Of a stretch of 64,000 bases of DNA, positions 45,201 through 57,730 are shown in pieces. Origin of the DNA: Iphione sp. A-MEVVRFRX5. Its lineage: Eukaryota. Numbering within the stretch: the first letter of the stretch is position 1; every line of letters begins with the position of its first letter. Below the pieces are notes generated by a model, which did not search any database, had not been told where the DNA came from, and saw nothing but the letters and a program-made list of their open reading frames with translations. The position numbers were made by a program, and so were the translations under genes. Location of the stretch: assembly GCA_976226885.1 (NCBI GenBank), contig OZ320321.1, positions 50,468,001 through 50,532,000 of the forward strand, read 5' to 3'.

Positions 45201-48200
45201 TAACAAAATCATACCAAAAGTTACATAATTATTTATCAGCATTCTATGCGTACACTTTGTTGCCTTCCTTCGGCTCCCTGCTTATACGACAGGTTACGCT
45301 GAGTTTTTTTCAAGTAGCAGCAAAGCTACTTTCAACGGTTTAAGAGGCAGTGCTAGGGTTGAGAAAACAGTTCATAGAATACTGTAAATTACTGGTGTTG
45401 TTATCCTGAACGGTGCCTCTTCAATCCTCTTTCTTCCCTCATTTTCTCGTGACCTTTATCTTTTAGACATTTCTGTCTTGTTTGCCTCATCATTTCTACT
45501 TTTATCTCCCTCTGTCTCTCTCTTTATCATTCCCCCTCTCTTTCTTATTCGCTTAGGTCTCTTTACGTTCACCTCACCTCCTTATCCAAGGATCCCCTGC
45601 TGACGGAGGAATCCAGAGCAGCTCCCTGCGCACCTGAGCAACTCGTGACCGCCTACAGAGTTGTCTGGTACCTGCGGCGGGAGGGTGGCGTAGCAAACCA
45701 GGGTACTTCCAAGCATCTACACAGGTGGCTCGTGTACACGAAGCGGTCGGCTGCCTTGGGCAAATAGACAACTGCCCCTTCTTTATCATAGATTACATTT
45801 GGGCTGCAGAAAACGTTCCAATTTTGGCCAAAGCAGCTTTTCGCTTTTCACGCGCTCGACTTACGTTCGCTTATACAATTCTTGACCAAACATAGCTTGA
45901 TGTACTTAGGGAGTCAATTAATGGGTTATGAATTTGGCCATCTTTGCATCGCAGACCGATTGCTCTCCTCATTTGGTAACGTTGTAAAATGCACCTGACA
46001 TTCGCGATATGTCTTGAGTGCTGCGACTGACATTCATTTCGAGTAACAGCCGTTCTGACAGATCACGGAATGACCGGTAATGAGCACTGTGGGATGTCAC
46101 GGCACCCTGTAGCTTTCTGGGTGGTTCCGCATTCAATAGCTCTACAACTGGGTTGAACAGTAACCAGGTAGTATTGGACGCGACAAGAGGTGAAGGATAG
46201 TCTCGAGGAATTTCATTTACATGTATACATATATACACATAATCATGTGTAATCACAAGCAAAGACATATACCCATGCCTATCGTACTGCACCTCTCTTC
46301 TACATCACATCTCAAATTTTGCGTCAGTCCTATCTATCAACTGCAACTGTTTTATACCAGTCTCATCCATGGACGTATGTAATGATTATCCTGAACTGGT
46401 ATGAGGTACAAGGGCACTGCACGGTCGTGAGGTAAATTAGCTCTGGGGGGTTAGTGGTATATGAGACGGCTGTAGAGTCCATCTATATCAATTCAACAAA
46501 CATACTCTCATCTCAGATCTTCATTTTACTCTTCTCATTTATCACTTATTTAGTTACTAAGATCTGAAATTTTAGCTAAATACTCTAAATGGATTTAGAG
46601 ATAGCACCAGTTTTGTAGTCAAAAGTGGGGCAAAATGTGTTGAACCCAGTTCTTGATTAAAGTTTAAGGTTCATGATAGCAGGGAATAATGAAGAAACAG
46701 AGAATACACACAGGAAAGAATGAAGGTTCTTTCTTCATTGTTCATCCCTAAGCCAACTCCTAAAAAATTCTCCTTACCTTCGTCTACTAAAACAGTGATC
46801 TCAATTCCATTAGGAGTTTTAACAAAATATGGCCTAAGGCTAAACGTAATCTAGAATATGTCCCTGGGATGTAACGCAAATATTAGATAAAAGTGCATGG
46901 GATCCCTAAAGCTGTTGACTTGAGATGGAAAAGCCTTTTCCAAGAAGCAGATCTCGGCGGCAGTGATGGCACAAAATGTCCTTCTCCCCTCTGATATTCA
47001 CAACCCTATGATTAAAGATGATTTCTGCAGACACACACAGAGTAAAGCTTACTGCAGAAATCCAAGACAGAGGAACACACTTAGACTGAAGATACGTTTT
47101 ACTCGAACAGTTTTATATTTTGGCTCTACATGGTACCATCCAGGACCGATGTTATCCAAGAAATTGCGATACTTTCACTCGGAAGAGATAACCTAGGATG
47201 TCTCCACTTGCGAGGTTCTACTGCATCTCTTTAGCGACGGTAAAAGGAATAAAAGGAAAGAAATGCAGGATGAAAGATCCTCTCTATGCAGGAGGACTTT
47301 CACCACAGAACCCCATTCTCCGGACGTATTAATCACCTCACGTTGTCAACCACCGGGCCGCCTGCCTTTGACATCCTTGACGACCTGCGTGTACCTCGTG
47401 ATGTTTGATCTTTATTGAGTTAGTAGAGAATCGATCTTGCAATCGCTTTTTATCCTATACTAGACAATTTTAATTATAAACAATGTACAATATATTATTC
47501 TTTGTCATGCTTGTTACTCCACAGACTATAGCCTGCGCTGCCCTTTGCCTGTCAACTAAGTCGCAAAAGTGCGGCTCCCTCTCAGATATCTGCCCATGCC
47601 AGAGTGTATATACCAGTCAATGCGTATACTACCTCCTGATTGTTGCTGTGAACCTAAAGAGCCAGTACCACACCATGGAGTCCACATATTGGAATGAAGC
47701 TCTATGTATCAAGGTCAACAGCATTCTGTTGGGGATGAGGTCCCACAGTCACAGCTATTTATCATCATCTGACGGGACTGAAACCAAAGGTTCTCTTTAG
47801 TCTCAAAAGATTAAGCCGATAGTAGATAAAGCTTGTTAATATTTTAAGAATCTGGGCTATATGCCCGTTTAGGGGATCGGAGTCCTTCACTTATATCCAC
47901 AGTGATGATATTGGCAAGTCTGTACTTTGGGTACAAAGAACTCTTCTTCCCGGTATTATACCCGGTGTTTACCCCGACTGGATCTTCGGGAGTACCCTGA
48001 ACACCTTTGGGACTGCGTGACATATATTCCCTTGTGTACATGTATATATTCTCTTTCCTTCATTCATGGCTTTTCAATATCTTGAATGAACTGTCATTAT
48101 CAGGTGAGAGACATAACCCTTCTTCCCTTTCCTGTCCAGGTATCCCTGCCTGTATCATCAGTGACACCTAGCCTCGATACGTGTTAATGTAAAGTGTGCC

Positions 48201-48409
48201 CTACATCAGCAGGTACGAACAGCAAAGCATTACCAATGTCCAGAACTACTAGGGTTTACCTTGATGCGGAAGATCTCCTATGTTACACTTGCAGAGTCTC
48301 AATAAAAGTTCTAAATTCTTGATTCATGACTGCCGCCCTTGTGTGGAGCCATCAACACGACTTCTGAATTTTAGTTGAGGGTTGCCCTGCTATCCATTAT
48401 TATGCCAAC

Positions 48410-48610
48410 TACAGTAAAACCTCACATCTAGGGACACTCGAGACTTGGGACACCTTTAGAGTGGGGATCCTGTTGGCTGGAACAGCATCATATTTTGGCC
48501 ATACACAACACCAGCTAGGACTAGAGATATGCCCTGACTCAGGGCGCATGTACCTGCTTTCCCCCTCAGACACAGCTATACAGTAGAACCTCAGAACTAG
48601 GGACACCATA
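48410..48610 (+). repeat. Two head-to-tail copies of a pogo/Tigger-like terminal motif
   Basis: TACAGTAAAACCTC...AGGGACAC at 48410 and TACAGTAGAACCTC...AGGGACAC at 48579. TA|CAGT.RAACCTC is a typical pogo-family TIR start. No inverted partner found. Confidence 0.4.
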
Positions 48611-49059
48611 GCTTCCCACCAGGTCCATCATGCTTGGTAGTGCAGAGGTGTAGGTGGCCTGTGTTAGTTGACTGCGGTCCCCGCAATCTGGTCTGGGGCA
48701 GCAAAGTAGTTAGATAGAGTTCTTCTCGTATAACATTGTTCAATTGCATTAACTTTGTATTGGATAGACTGAGAAGATAAAAATAATGAAATGCGATATA
48801 CAATCACTATCTCGCTTCTTGTGATAAGGATAGTGCCCTTAGTTCGAAGGCCAGACCACTATGCTATTATTCTTTCCAAAGTAAAACAATGTCTATAGCT
48901 GGCAGTGCTGAATGAGTTGTTTACATCCTAAGTAAAGTACAGCCTCTCATCAGGACACCCTTATCACTTGCCCAAACTGTTTAAATAGTAAACATAATTG
49001 GTACAGAGTAGAGCAGTGCATATCAGCCTCCGGACATACTCAATTAACAGTGATAGAGA

Positions 49060-49310
49060 TTAGCGAGAACTAATAATGTTTACCTTTTAGAAAAGCCTTA
49101 CAAAAGGGACATTAGCTCAGGAATACCCATAGCATCACAGTTAGCTCTAACCTCTCTAAGTACTACAATTATCTATTAGACTTACCACAGACGTATAACC
49201 TGGTACCTCTCATACAACTACCAGCTTAATATAACATTGCTCCAATCACATGCCTAACTATTCCACTGTACAAACTTTCCAGAAATCAGGATAGACCAAT
49301 ATGATAATGA
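49060..49310 (-). mobile_element. Possible highly decayed LINE RT core fragment
   Basis: AMGIPELMSLCKAFLKGKH resembles the YGI.G.LL.WI.SFL..R motif of CR1-group RT. Many stops; judged by eye only. Confidence 0.3.
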
Positions 49311-50131
49311 AATCATCCCTGGCACTAACCTATGATAATTTCTGGCCTTGTATTGTGTGCTTTCCTCATAGCTGAACAGAGTCTACTGCAGCCTCAGATG
49401 GAATGTTTCTCTCTGAATATCAGTCTTAACTATAATTCATTTGGTCTGACTGGAAGGCCCTGATTGCCACTCATTGCATAAGCATGTTAAAGTATGAATT
49501 ATAGTTCTCCTTGTTTGTTTTCTTTTTATTAAGAATGCAGATGACGTGGCCTGGGTAGTCACAGGCTCCGGTCCAGAGGAGTTGAAACAGCATGCTTAAA
49601 GCATATGGTTTCCTGGTGTTAGATAAATGCACTGATCCTAAATGTAAATAAAAGTGGAAACCTCCTGGTTGGCAAAATGCAACCGGCCATTGGGGACATC
49701 ACATTAGGTACTGTCACGAAAAAGAAACTCCTAGGGTACGTGTTAGGCAAATAGTTGAGTTGGAGCAACTCAGCTAGACGAAGTATGTCGTTAGCATCCT
49801 ATAACCTAGGAAAATCAGGAAGTTATTGCCAGAAAGAAACAGACTGTTACTATTCAGAAGTATGGTTCTCTCGCATCTGTCTATATGTCTCTTCACTGAC
49901 ATGAAAAATCAACAAAGGCGCTATATGCGGCAGCTAGACCAAGCATATATATGTGCTCACTGAACCTGTTGTCAGTAAAAAGAAACACATTCATAGGCTA
50001 ATATTAGAGAAGCAAATAGATAATATGTCTGGCATGATTATTATTGACATCCTTGCTGACATTCATGCACTGCAGCTGCATGGTCTGATTAAACAGGAAG
50101 TAAAAGGTAGGCTAGACACAGTAAAAAGATA

Positions 50132-50270
50132 AGACTAACTGTACCAAAAACCAAGAAATCAATTTTTCATAGGTCTGTATTTCACTATGGTGTCAAATGG
50201 TTGAACAAATTACGTGAGAACTGGAAGTGCTGTAAAACCATAAAATCAATCAAGAGAGTCCTTCAGAATA
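50132..50270 (+). mobile_element. Extreme 3' fragment of a CR1/L2-type LINE ORF2
   Basis: RLTVPKTKKSIFHRSVFHYGVKWLNKL...CKTIKSIKRVL resembles the L.VP..RT.....SF...G.K.WN.L.....S...FK..L terminal motif. Confidence 0.6.
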
Positions 50271-50634
50271 TGTAACAACAGTGCCAGGATACCTTTACTA
50301 TGCCCAAGAATGTCTATGCTTCTATTATGTCCAAGAATTTCTACACGTTAAGATATTGTATATGTGTGTTACTTTACCCAAGTTTATGTATCATTCTGAA
50401 AAGCTTTATGTATCCAGGAAGAGAATTAGAAATAAATATATATGTAAACTATTACTGACCAGAAGTACCTATATAGACTGTTCGCATGAAGTGAATAATC
50501 AATGTTCTTTCTAAATATTGCACTGCGAACATGAAGCTCTTCTCTTCTTTGTCCTTTGTCATTAAAAGATGACCATGATCTCTGTTTCCTTTTCTTCATG
50601 CTATATGAGTTTTCATGTGACATATGAGGCCAAT

Positions 50635-51000
50635 TCATACATGAAATGACCTGCTACAGTGAGAACATTTTATGGGGGGGGAGTGTGTCTCTTTGGCTTT
50701 GCAGAATTTCAGAGCAGCTCTTGCAGACTGTGCAGAGGAAATCCTTTTTTCCTCAAAGTCCTCTGCTCTCTTGTGAATGGTGCTCCTCCACTTAGTATGA
50801 TCTGTAGAGCTGGATTCCCAGTTTGATTTAATGATGTTGAAGTCTTTGAGGGAGTCTTTGTAACATTTCTTTGAACCACTGCATGATCTTGCTCCAGTGT
50901 TCAGTTCCCCATAGAGAAGTATTTGGGGAAGTCTTGTGTCAGGCATTCAATAGACATGACCAGCCCAGCATAGCTGAGTTTTCTTGAGCAGAGTGAAGAT
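50635..51000 (-). mobile_element. 3' fragment of an RTE/BovB-type LINE ORF2
   Basis: QLCWAGHVY*MPDTRLPQILLYGELNTGARSCSGSKKCYKDSLK...WESSSTDHTKWR...CSHCSRSF matches the RTE C-terminal pattern (LRWAGHV.RM.D.RLPK..LYGEL..G.R..G..KKRYKD, then CxxC). Confidence 0.88.
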
Positions 51001-51299
51001 GATGTGGAGCTAGGGTACTGTTGTTTGTGCCCAGGGTGTAGCTCGCAAGGGCTTTTAATCCCTATGATTTTTAACACCTTGGACTCTTTTGTAACTCAGG
51101 GGTATGTAGAAGAACAGTAAGTCCTAGGAGATAAGGGATGGTAGGAAGTGCCATAGCTCATATGAGTAGCAGAGGATGGTTGGAAACATCGGGGCAGCCA
51201 ATGGTGAAAGTAAGTCAGGACATCCAGTAACCCTTTTCATATGCCTTTACCAGAAGCTGTAGGGGGCACTGGTGTAAGCCATCTGTTATACCAGAACTT

Positions 51300-51366
51300 G
51301 AAGGAGGAGGAAGAGGAGGAGTAAGAGGAAGAAGAAGAAGAAGAAGAAGAAGAAGAAGAAGAAGAG
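51300..51366 (+). repeat. (GGA)/(GAA)n purine microsatellite
   Basis: About 12 perfect GAA units at 51328-51363, preceded by GGA units. Confidence 0.95.
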
Positions 51367-54300
51367 AAACGGACATGTTGAGGACACGTGACTTACAATT
51401 TATAGGAGCCAAACTGCCTTCGTGCCTTACTAAACAATATGAATCACACTATTATGTGAATGTCTCCATGGACAGATAATCAAGGATAGAAGTATGTAAA
51501 GAACGAAGTTAGAGATAGTGCTGTGAAGAAGAATGTCATGAAAATGCAAGGCCGTGCTCACGACTTAATAGGTTCAGTGCGTTCCTCAACATGGGATAAC
51601 AAACATTTGTATTTGGAATCGTCATGCATCTTAATGTACATTTTGTACTTAATCTGGAATGTCTTGAACAAGACTTAGTCATCAGTCTTTGTGTATCTGT
51701 CTCTTATACTTCTATCCTGTTTGCTATAATACTACTTATACCTACTTCCCAAAATAACAGCATACCCACATAACCACGTATCCTGTGGGAGCGAAAGTGT
51801 TAGACAGCTCCTTGTCCAAGAGGGCAACTGCCCTACAGGATCAAATGAGGCAAACGTCTATATTCCTTTTCTGCTCTGAATTAACTCTGCTAACTAACTT
51901 TGTCACAGCCATTTGGTGAACATGCATGTATTTTTTATTTTATTCTTTTGCAATGTTTTATTCTACCAAAGTGTTTTTGCATTCTTTGACTTAAATAGAA
52001 TGACTTCAAAAAGCAGATGAGTTGGACAGGATTTATTTTTTGTGAAATTCATCGTAGGCTATATTTATCACCTTTAGTTAACTCCTCCAGATATTTCGCA
52101 GATAATTAAGAAACCCTCTTGTAAGTGTTAATTCTAAGGCATGCGAAGAAACGCTTTAGAAGATTGCTTTGACTATAAACAGCTCCCGCATACACTCTCA
52201 TACGAAACACAGGGCTTTTGAATCTTAAACCTTAATGTGTTTCTTTACCTAGCAAAAGTTTCCTGTAGTTGGAATAGCTATAGAGGGAATATGGCTCGGT
52301 CTGCTGATGACGGTTTTTCTAAGCCTTGGAGTGGCTGTGCCTAATTTTCATCTTGATATTTAACTAAATACTTTCTTAACCAGTAGCCATCAACGCCTTT
52401 TCCTGCATTTATTAATACGGGAACGTCGTCCAGTCGATAAACATAAATACATACAGCTGCTTACAGATCCCTACCTGCTTACAGCGGGAATATTGTGAAT
52501 CAAGTCCCCACTATGATCCAACGTTTTGAAATGTCACACATGAGGAAATGGTTACCTTCTGAGCCGCTCTGCTTCAGTGCTACACGCTTTGGACCTTTCA
52601 TTAAGACATATAACTACAAACACTTCAACAAACGCTGCAGGATTTCGGATATTACTTGCCAAACACAAGATCGGTTATAAACCCCTGCAACCTGTCAGGT
52701 TACCTCTTCTGACCGAACAAGTCACATCAGGTATGCCAGAAGCCAATTTGCATTTCCCTCGGGCTTACGCTGTCAGGATACTACCAACTTCACGCTTCAG
52801 TCCTAACTCGCAGGGAAGACGGGGTATGGGATATGTTTACCGCTCTGTACACAATAGGTCAGAAGTAATAGGGTATGTGGAAAAGCTGCCCAGGAACGGT
52901 GGGTCTATAGGAGGCAAAACTTGTGAAAGTCCTTTTTCTGTGCTGAAGGTGCCTACGTCGAATTTAGGAACAGAAAAACTTGTAGTTAATGCAGACCAAT
53001 TAAATTGAATTACATCTGATTAGATATATGTATTAAATTTATATATCTATAATCCTCGGGCTTTGTTTACCCGCTAAGACAAGAAATGTCCAAGATATTC
53101 CTCAAAAATTGAAACTGATGCTTAGATAGGCTTGCTATTGTAACGCGCATGCAGCTGGCTCACGCGGCACGAATCTGTGGATTTATCGCAGGTACGACCT
53201 TTACCAGCTTCTAGCTGCTACTTATCCAGATTTCGGAGCTGCTTGCCATGGAATTTGACAAAGACGGGTATTGGCAGCGGCGCACAGTGGCCTTCTGACC
53301 GGCCGCAGCCTGGCTATATTACGGGCTCGGTCGGTGGTAAACCCTCCCTGTACCCATCCTCTAAACCCTTCCTGTACCCAAAAGCTATAGTATGTCCTCT
53401 GCTGTATTTTTTGGGGGTGGGGGGTGGGTTCTTTCCAAGAAAACGGGGGAAAGAGTCAGGCGAACTATGATGTAAAAGACCCGGTGGCAGGGAGAGGAAG
53501 ATGTCCTGGTGAACCAAGGTCACTGGAGGCCCATTAACAAGATTTCCTATATTTAGAAAATTGAATCCTAAACCTCTCTTTGACTGATTTCTGCTAGATG
53601 CAATAGAGTAGCCTCCAAGGAAGACTTACATAATAGAACTTGAGGCCAGCGGGGACTGCAAATGTTGTCCTGCCGGAGAAAAGTGGTATTTATCAGGTCG
53701 TTACACAAGGCTACGATTATTATATCTTTTATAATAAAAATGTGTGCTCAGAATGGAGGCTGCTACTTGTGTAGGTTTCATAGATTCATGTGTGAAGTGC
53801 AACAGTCAAAATACTACTGGATGAAAGAACTGTATTAGCTAGTAGTAATCCTCCATGTACCAACTATGTGTAAAACTACTTGACTGTATCATTAATGTCT
53901 CCAGGAATATCTATATCTGTCATTGTCTGCAAAGCTAGCTACCGTTTATCGAATTCTACCATATACAGTTTGTACATGTATGAATATAGCATCAGAAAAA
54001 AAGTGATTAGCGAACACGTACAGTAATACCCTATCGACCAAATAGTAACTGCTCCTGGCGATTTCATTGACTTGATACATTTTGGGATAAGGAATCTGCT
54101 CATGGTAATGCATGGATTAAACCCATGTTGACATTCAAACACCTAGGAATTTAGCATATTCAGACAGAAGAGCGACTCAGAATTAAGGGCAGATGTGGCT
54201 AGTTCCATTAGTTTATCTTCCATAGTGCATCCAACCTAAGTAGCAGGACAACACACAGTGTAGGGTTAAAATGTATGCTCCCTTGATTTTGATTTTGCTA

Positions 54301-57300
54301 CTGTATGATAATTCAACAGATGTGTAGGTTCATCCTACTATAAAATCGCTAATTGATAACAGCAAAAAGGTGCCTACATTTGGTTAATGAGATGATTTGA
54401 ACACAACAAATTGCAGTTTGTATCAAACACAGCATGAGAGGTAAGGGTCGAGACATCAAACCATCGTGTGACTGTTACTGACTCTTGTTAGCTCAACTTT
54501 TGAAATTTTCCCTTAAAAAATTGCTTATCGTGGAAGCAACGCATTTACACTAAAACCCTGGATTTCTGACTCTAAACATTCGAATGATATGTTGTTGCGT
54601 CATTACCATAGCAACTGAGTTAATGTCACTACGCTTTACGTCTTTTCTGAAGTGCTGATATCTTAGGGGCGGCCTTATTTCTAGAAGTAAGCAATAAAAA
54701 ATATATTCAGTCCTCTTGGGGCATAGTGTCAATGAAGGCCTGTCCTTATTAGAGGTTCGAATTACAATTTAGGGTCTACTGTATATTATCCGTATGATAA
54801 TATTTGCTCCATTTAAACTTATGTTAACATGACAGTTTGACAAAATTATATTCTTGCGATATATTGACTTCGGTGGATGAATGATGACAAATTCTGAGAC
54901 AAAGGCAGTCTGATATACGGTTACTAACAGTGTTGCTCATTTAAGACCCTTACAACTTCAAAAGAATTAGACATTGGGTTAGTTGGTTGACAATGTTCAA
55001 GAATTATTTTGTTATTCGATTTGCTTCTGTAAGATCATTTCTTTGTAAGGTTTTGAATGCTGCCATCAGTGTATGCTTTCCGATTTGAGATATTGGTGTA
55101 CAGGCCCCTTAAATTTATGTAGACACATTTAAATTCCTTCACAAATTTTTATTTCTAAAAGGAATATATTTAGTCTGTTAGGTTTGATTAAGCTTTAACA
55201 TTAGCCCTACAAATAGGACTAATGTTTGCGCATTCGCCGGCTGGACCCACCAAGGGAAAGAATGCACTGATATTTCTTGTGGGTAATTTCAGAACAATTT
55301 CTACCATTACTGGTCATCTTGTGACCAAAACTACTCCCACTATGACCAACGTATGCCATGAGCAATTCATATCGTCATCTTTGAGTCCGACTAGCTTTAT
55401 TGATTTTCATTAGAACTTCTTGGTATATGAGATAAACTGGAAGAAATTGTTTATTTGTTATGTAGTAATAGTAAAAGTTAGTAATGGATGCCTACCCTAC
55501 AACTAACTTGCTATATTTTTGGCCTGATGGATTCATCATAGATTTATTGATGGAGACCTAAAAGACATATTGGCACTTCTGGTGGTAAAGTGTCCCCTTC
55601 CATTAAAAATATAAAAACTGTGTTGCTTCAAGGCCTCTCTCGAATGCCAAACGCACGTACCCCTTAGAATTCATCTATTCTCTATTCTATTGTCTTTCCC
55701 TATTTAATTCAAATTCTCTCTACCAATATAAATGTCTGGTCTAACTTGTGTATAACTGCATGAAAATGGTATATACAGGTCTGTATTTATGCAGGAGTGT
55801 ACTTATACAATACATCATGAGGTCAAGGATATTGGTTCATTGTGGGCCATCAAGGAATATAGGCGATCTCTTTAAAAAGTCATTTAACAAGATAACAAAT
55901 GGAGCTCTCAGCTGTTTCCATACCACTCATAACCATTTTAACTATAACCATGTCGGCTATAGATTATTCCATAATGTAGTATGGGGGAGGCAACTGCCAG
56001 GAGCACGGTTGACTCTATTTCTTTCTCCAGCAGTAATACTGCTCAAAACATAGCAACGGTTTACTTTTGGATGATACTACTGAACAGGTCACAATATCCG
56101 CCAGTGCAACTAGGTAGTCGATACCATCCATCGATATCATCATCAGTTTGGGGGCAAAAAAAATTCTCAAAAAGAATTGCTCGCTAGGAATTCTGTGGTT
56201 TACAAAACATTCCTGATACCTGTGAAGTAGAATCAATGCAGCAAGGCAGATATATTTCAGTTCATACTGCTGTGTGTTACAGTGATCTACTTACTTGTTG
56301 CGTCTCCTTGGAACTCTAGAGAGCGAAAGAGAGGGCTCTGGTTGTTGTGCAAGTGCACAGCTTGATTTGGCAACTTACTTGTAAGACATACATTGTAGAG
56401 AAAATTCCAATCAGTAGGCCTATATACCTCCACTCCGGACAGTCAAAAGGAGCTGGCCCTTGCATCCAATTTCCGTGTGCGCATATTTGGAAGCGATTTT
56501 TTGCTGACACAACAAGAAGTCCATTTTCCTTTGATTCGGTTATAATCTGTTCTACAGAACATGGACTGCATGTTGTCTCAGGGGAAACATGGAAGGCAAC
56601 ACGGGTAGTGGGAGACCAGGGCTTACAGAGACGGGGAATTCCATCGGTATTTAAGTGCAAGCATCAAGAGTGGTTCAGTTAGGTAAGACAAAAGGAATTT
56701 CTTTATTTTGTAAGAAGTCACACAACAAAAACTACCACGCTCTGTTCTTAGGTGGTCTTTAATTGAGTCTATAATATACAGCACACAACGGTTCTATTAC
56801 TTATTGCACTTCCATCAAGGGCCATTAACTCAGAGGTGACTTGATGGCCTAATTACATCACTAATTGCGGAAACTTTGACGACATGGGTAAAGTTTAAAT
56901 GACAAAGGTCAATAACAACAGTTTCATTCCGATATAGAAATTATAGATAAATAGGTATAACTCTGAACAATGCAGAAAACTGGTTTTACTTTTATGATGA
57001 TAACAAAACCACCGATGAATACAAGAAAAGTAGCATTCCCGGCATCCAGTAAGAGATCATCGTAACCTCTCTGACGAAATAAACACCTTTCACTGGGACA
57101 TTGTCCAAACTTCTGTTGTCTTTGAGTGATGGAGCCACTAATCCTTTGTGTATTTCCTCGTTGTAGGCACGCTTTCATTGATCAGCAAAGGTATGCCGCC
57201 AGGAAATATTCCTTGGGGTACAAAAATGAAGACGAGTGAACATGGACGATGTCCAGGGATGCCACCCATTATCAATTGTCACTTTGTTTCCATGGATGGG

Positions 57301-57459
57301 AAAGTGCACAAATTCCATACCAATTCCAGGTGTTTGAACGAAAATTGAAATGGCCCTTGCAGTTTTTGTATTGTCTCTCTGTGTAACTTTTTTTTCTAGT
57401 GGGCCAGAAGCAGCTTCGGAACGCCAACAGCCACTTGGGTATGTTGGCTCGTTTGGGTA

Positions 57460-57730
57460 AGTCACGTGGTTGCGGCCGTGGGTCACGTGGCTGCGGCTAG
57501 GATAGCGATTGGGCCGGGCCGCGCTAACATAAAGCGGATGTTGATTGCGACCCCATGTGGAGCTGCGCCGTCGTTTATGGAGGCGGCTGCGCGCGCGTCG
57601 GGCGGGCACGTGGCCCTGCTTCATCATGATTAAGTCATGGGCGAGGCGTCAGAGGGCGCCGTGTTTCACGCTCACGCGGTGCCCGTTGACCCAGCCGTCC
57701 CGTCCTGCCCGCAGTCAGTCCCTCAAACGT
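57460..57730. promoter_or_regulatory. CpG island with tandem GTCACGTGG E-boxes
   Basis: GTCACGTGG twice about 22 bp apart, plus GCACGTGG, GC boxes and a GCGCGCGCG tract, in an otherwise AT-rich region. Confidence 0.5.

Noticed and set aside
53215-53290. LLLIQISELLAMEFDKDG resembling the YR box I motif (RISELL.L)
   Set aside because: The catalytic Arg is absent, there are stops on both sides, and no HxxR or Y box lies downstream.
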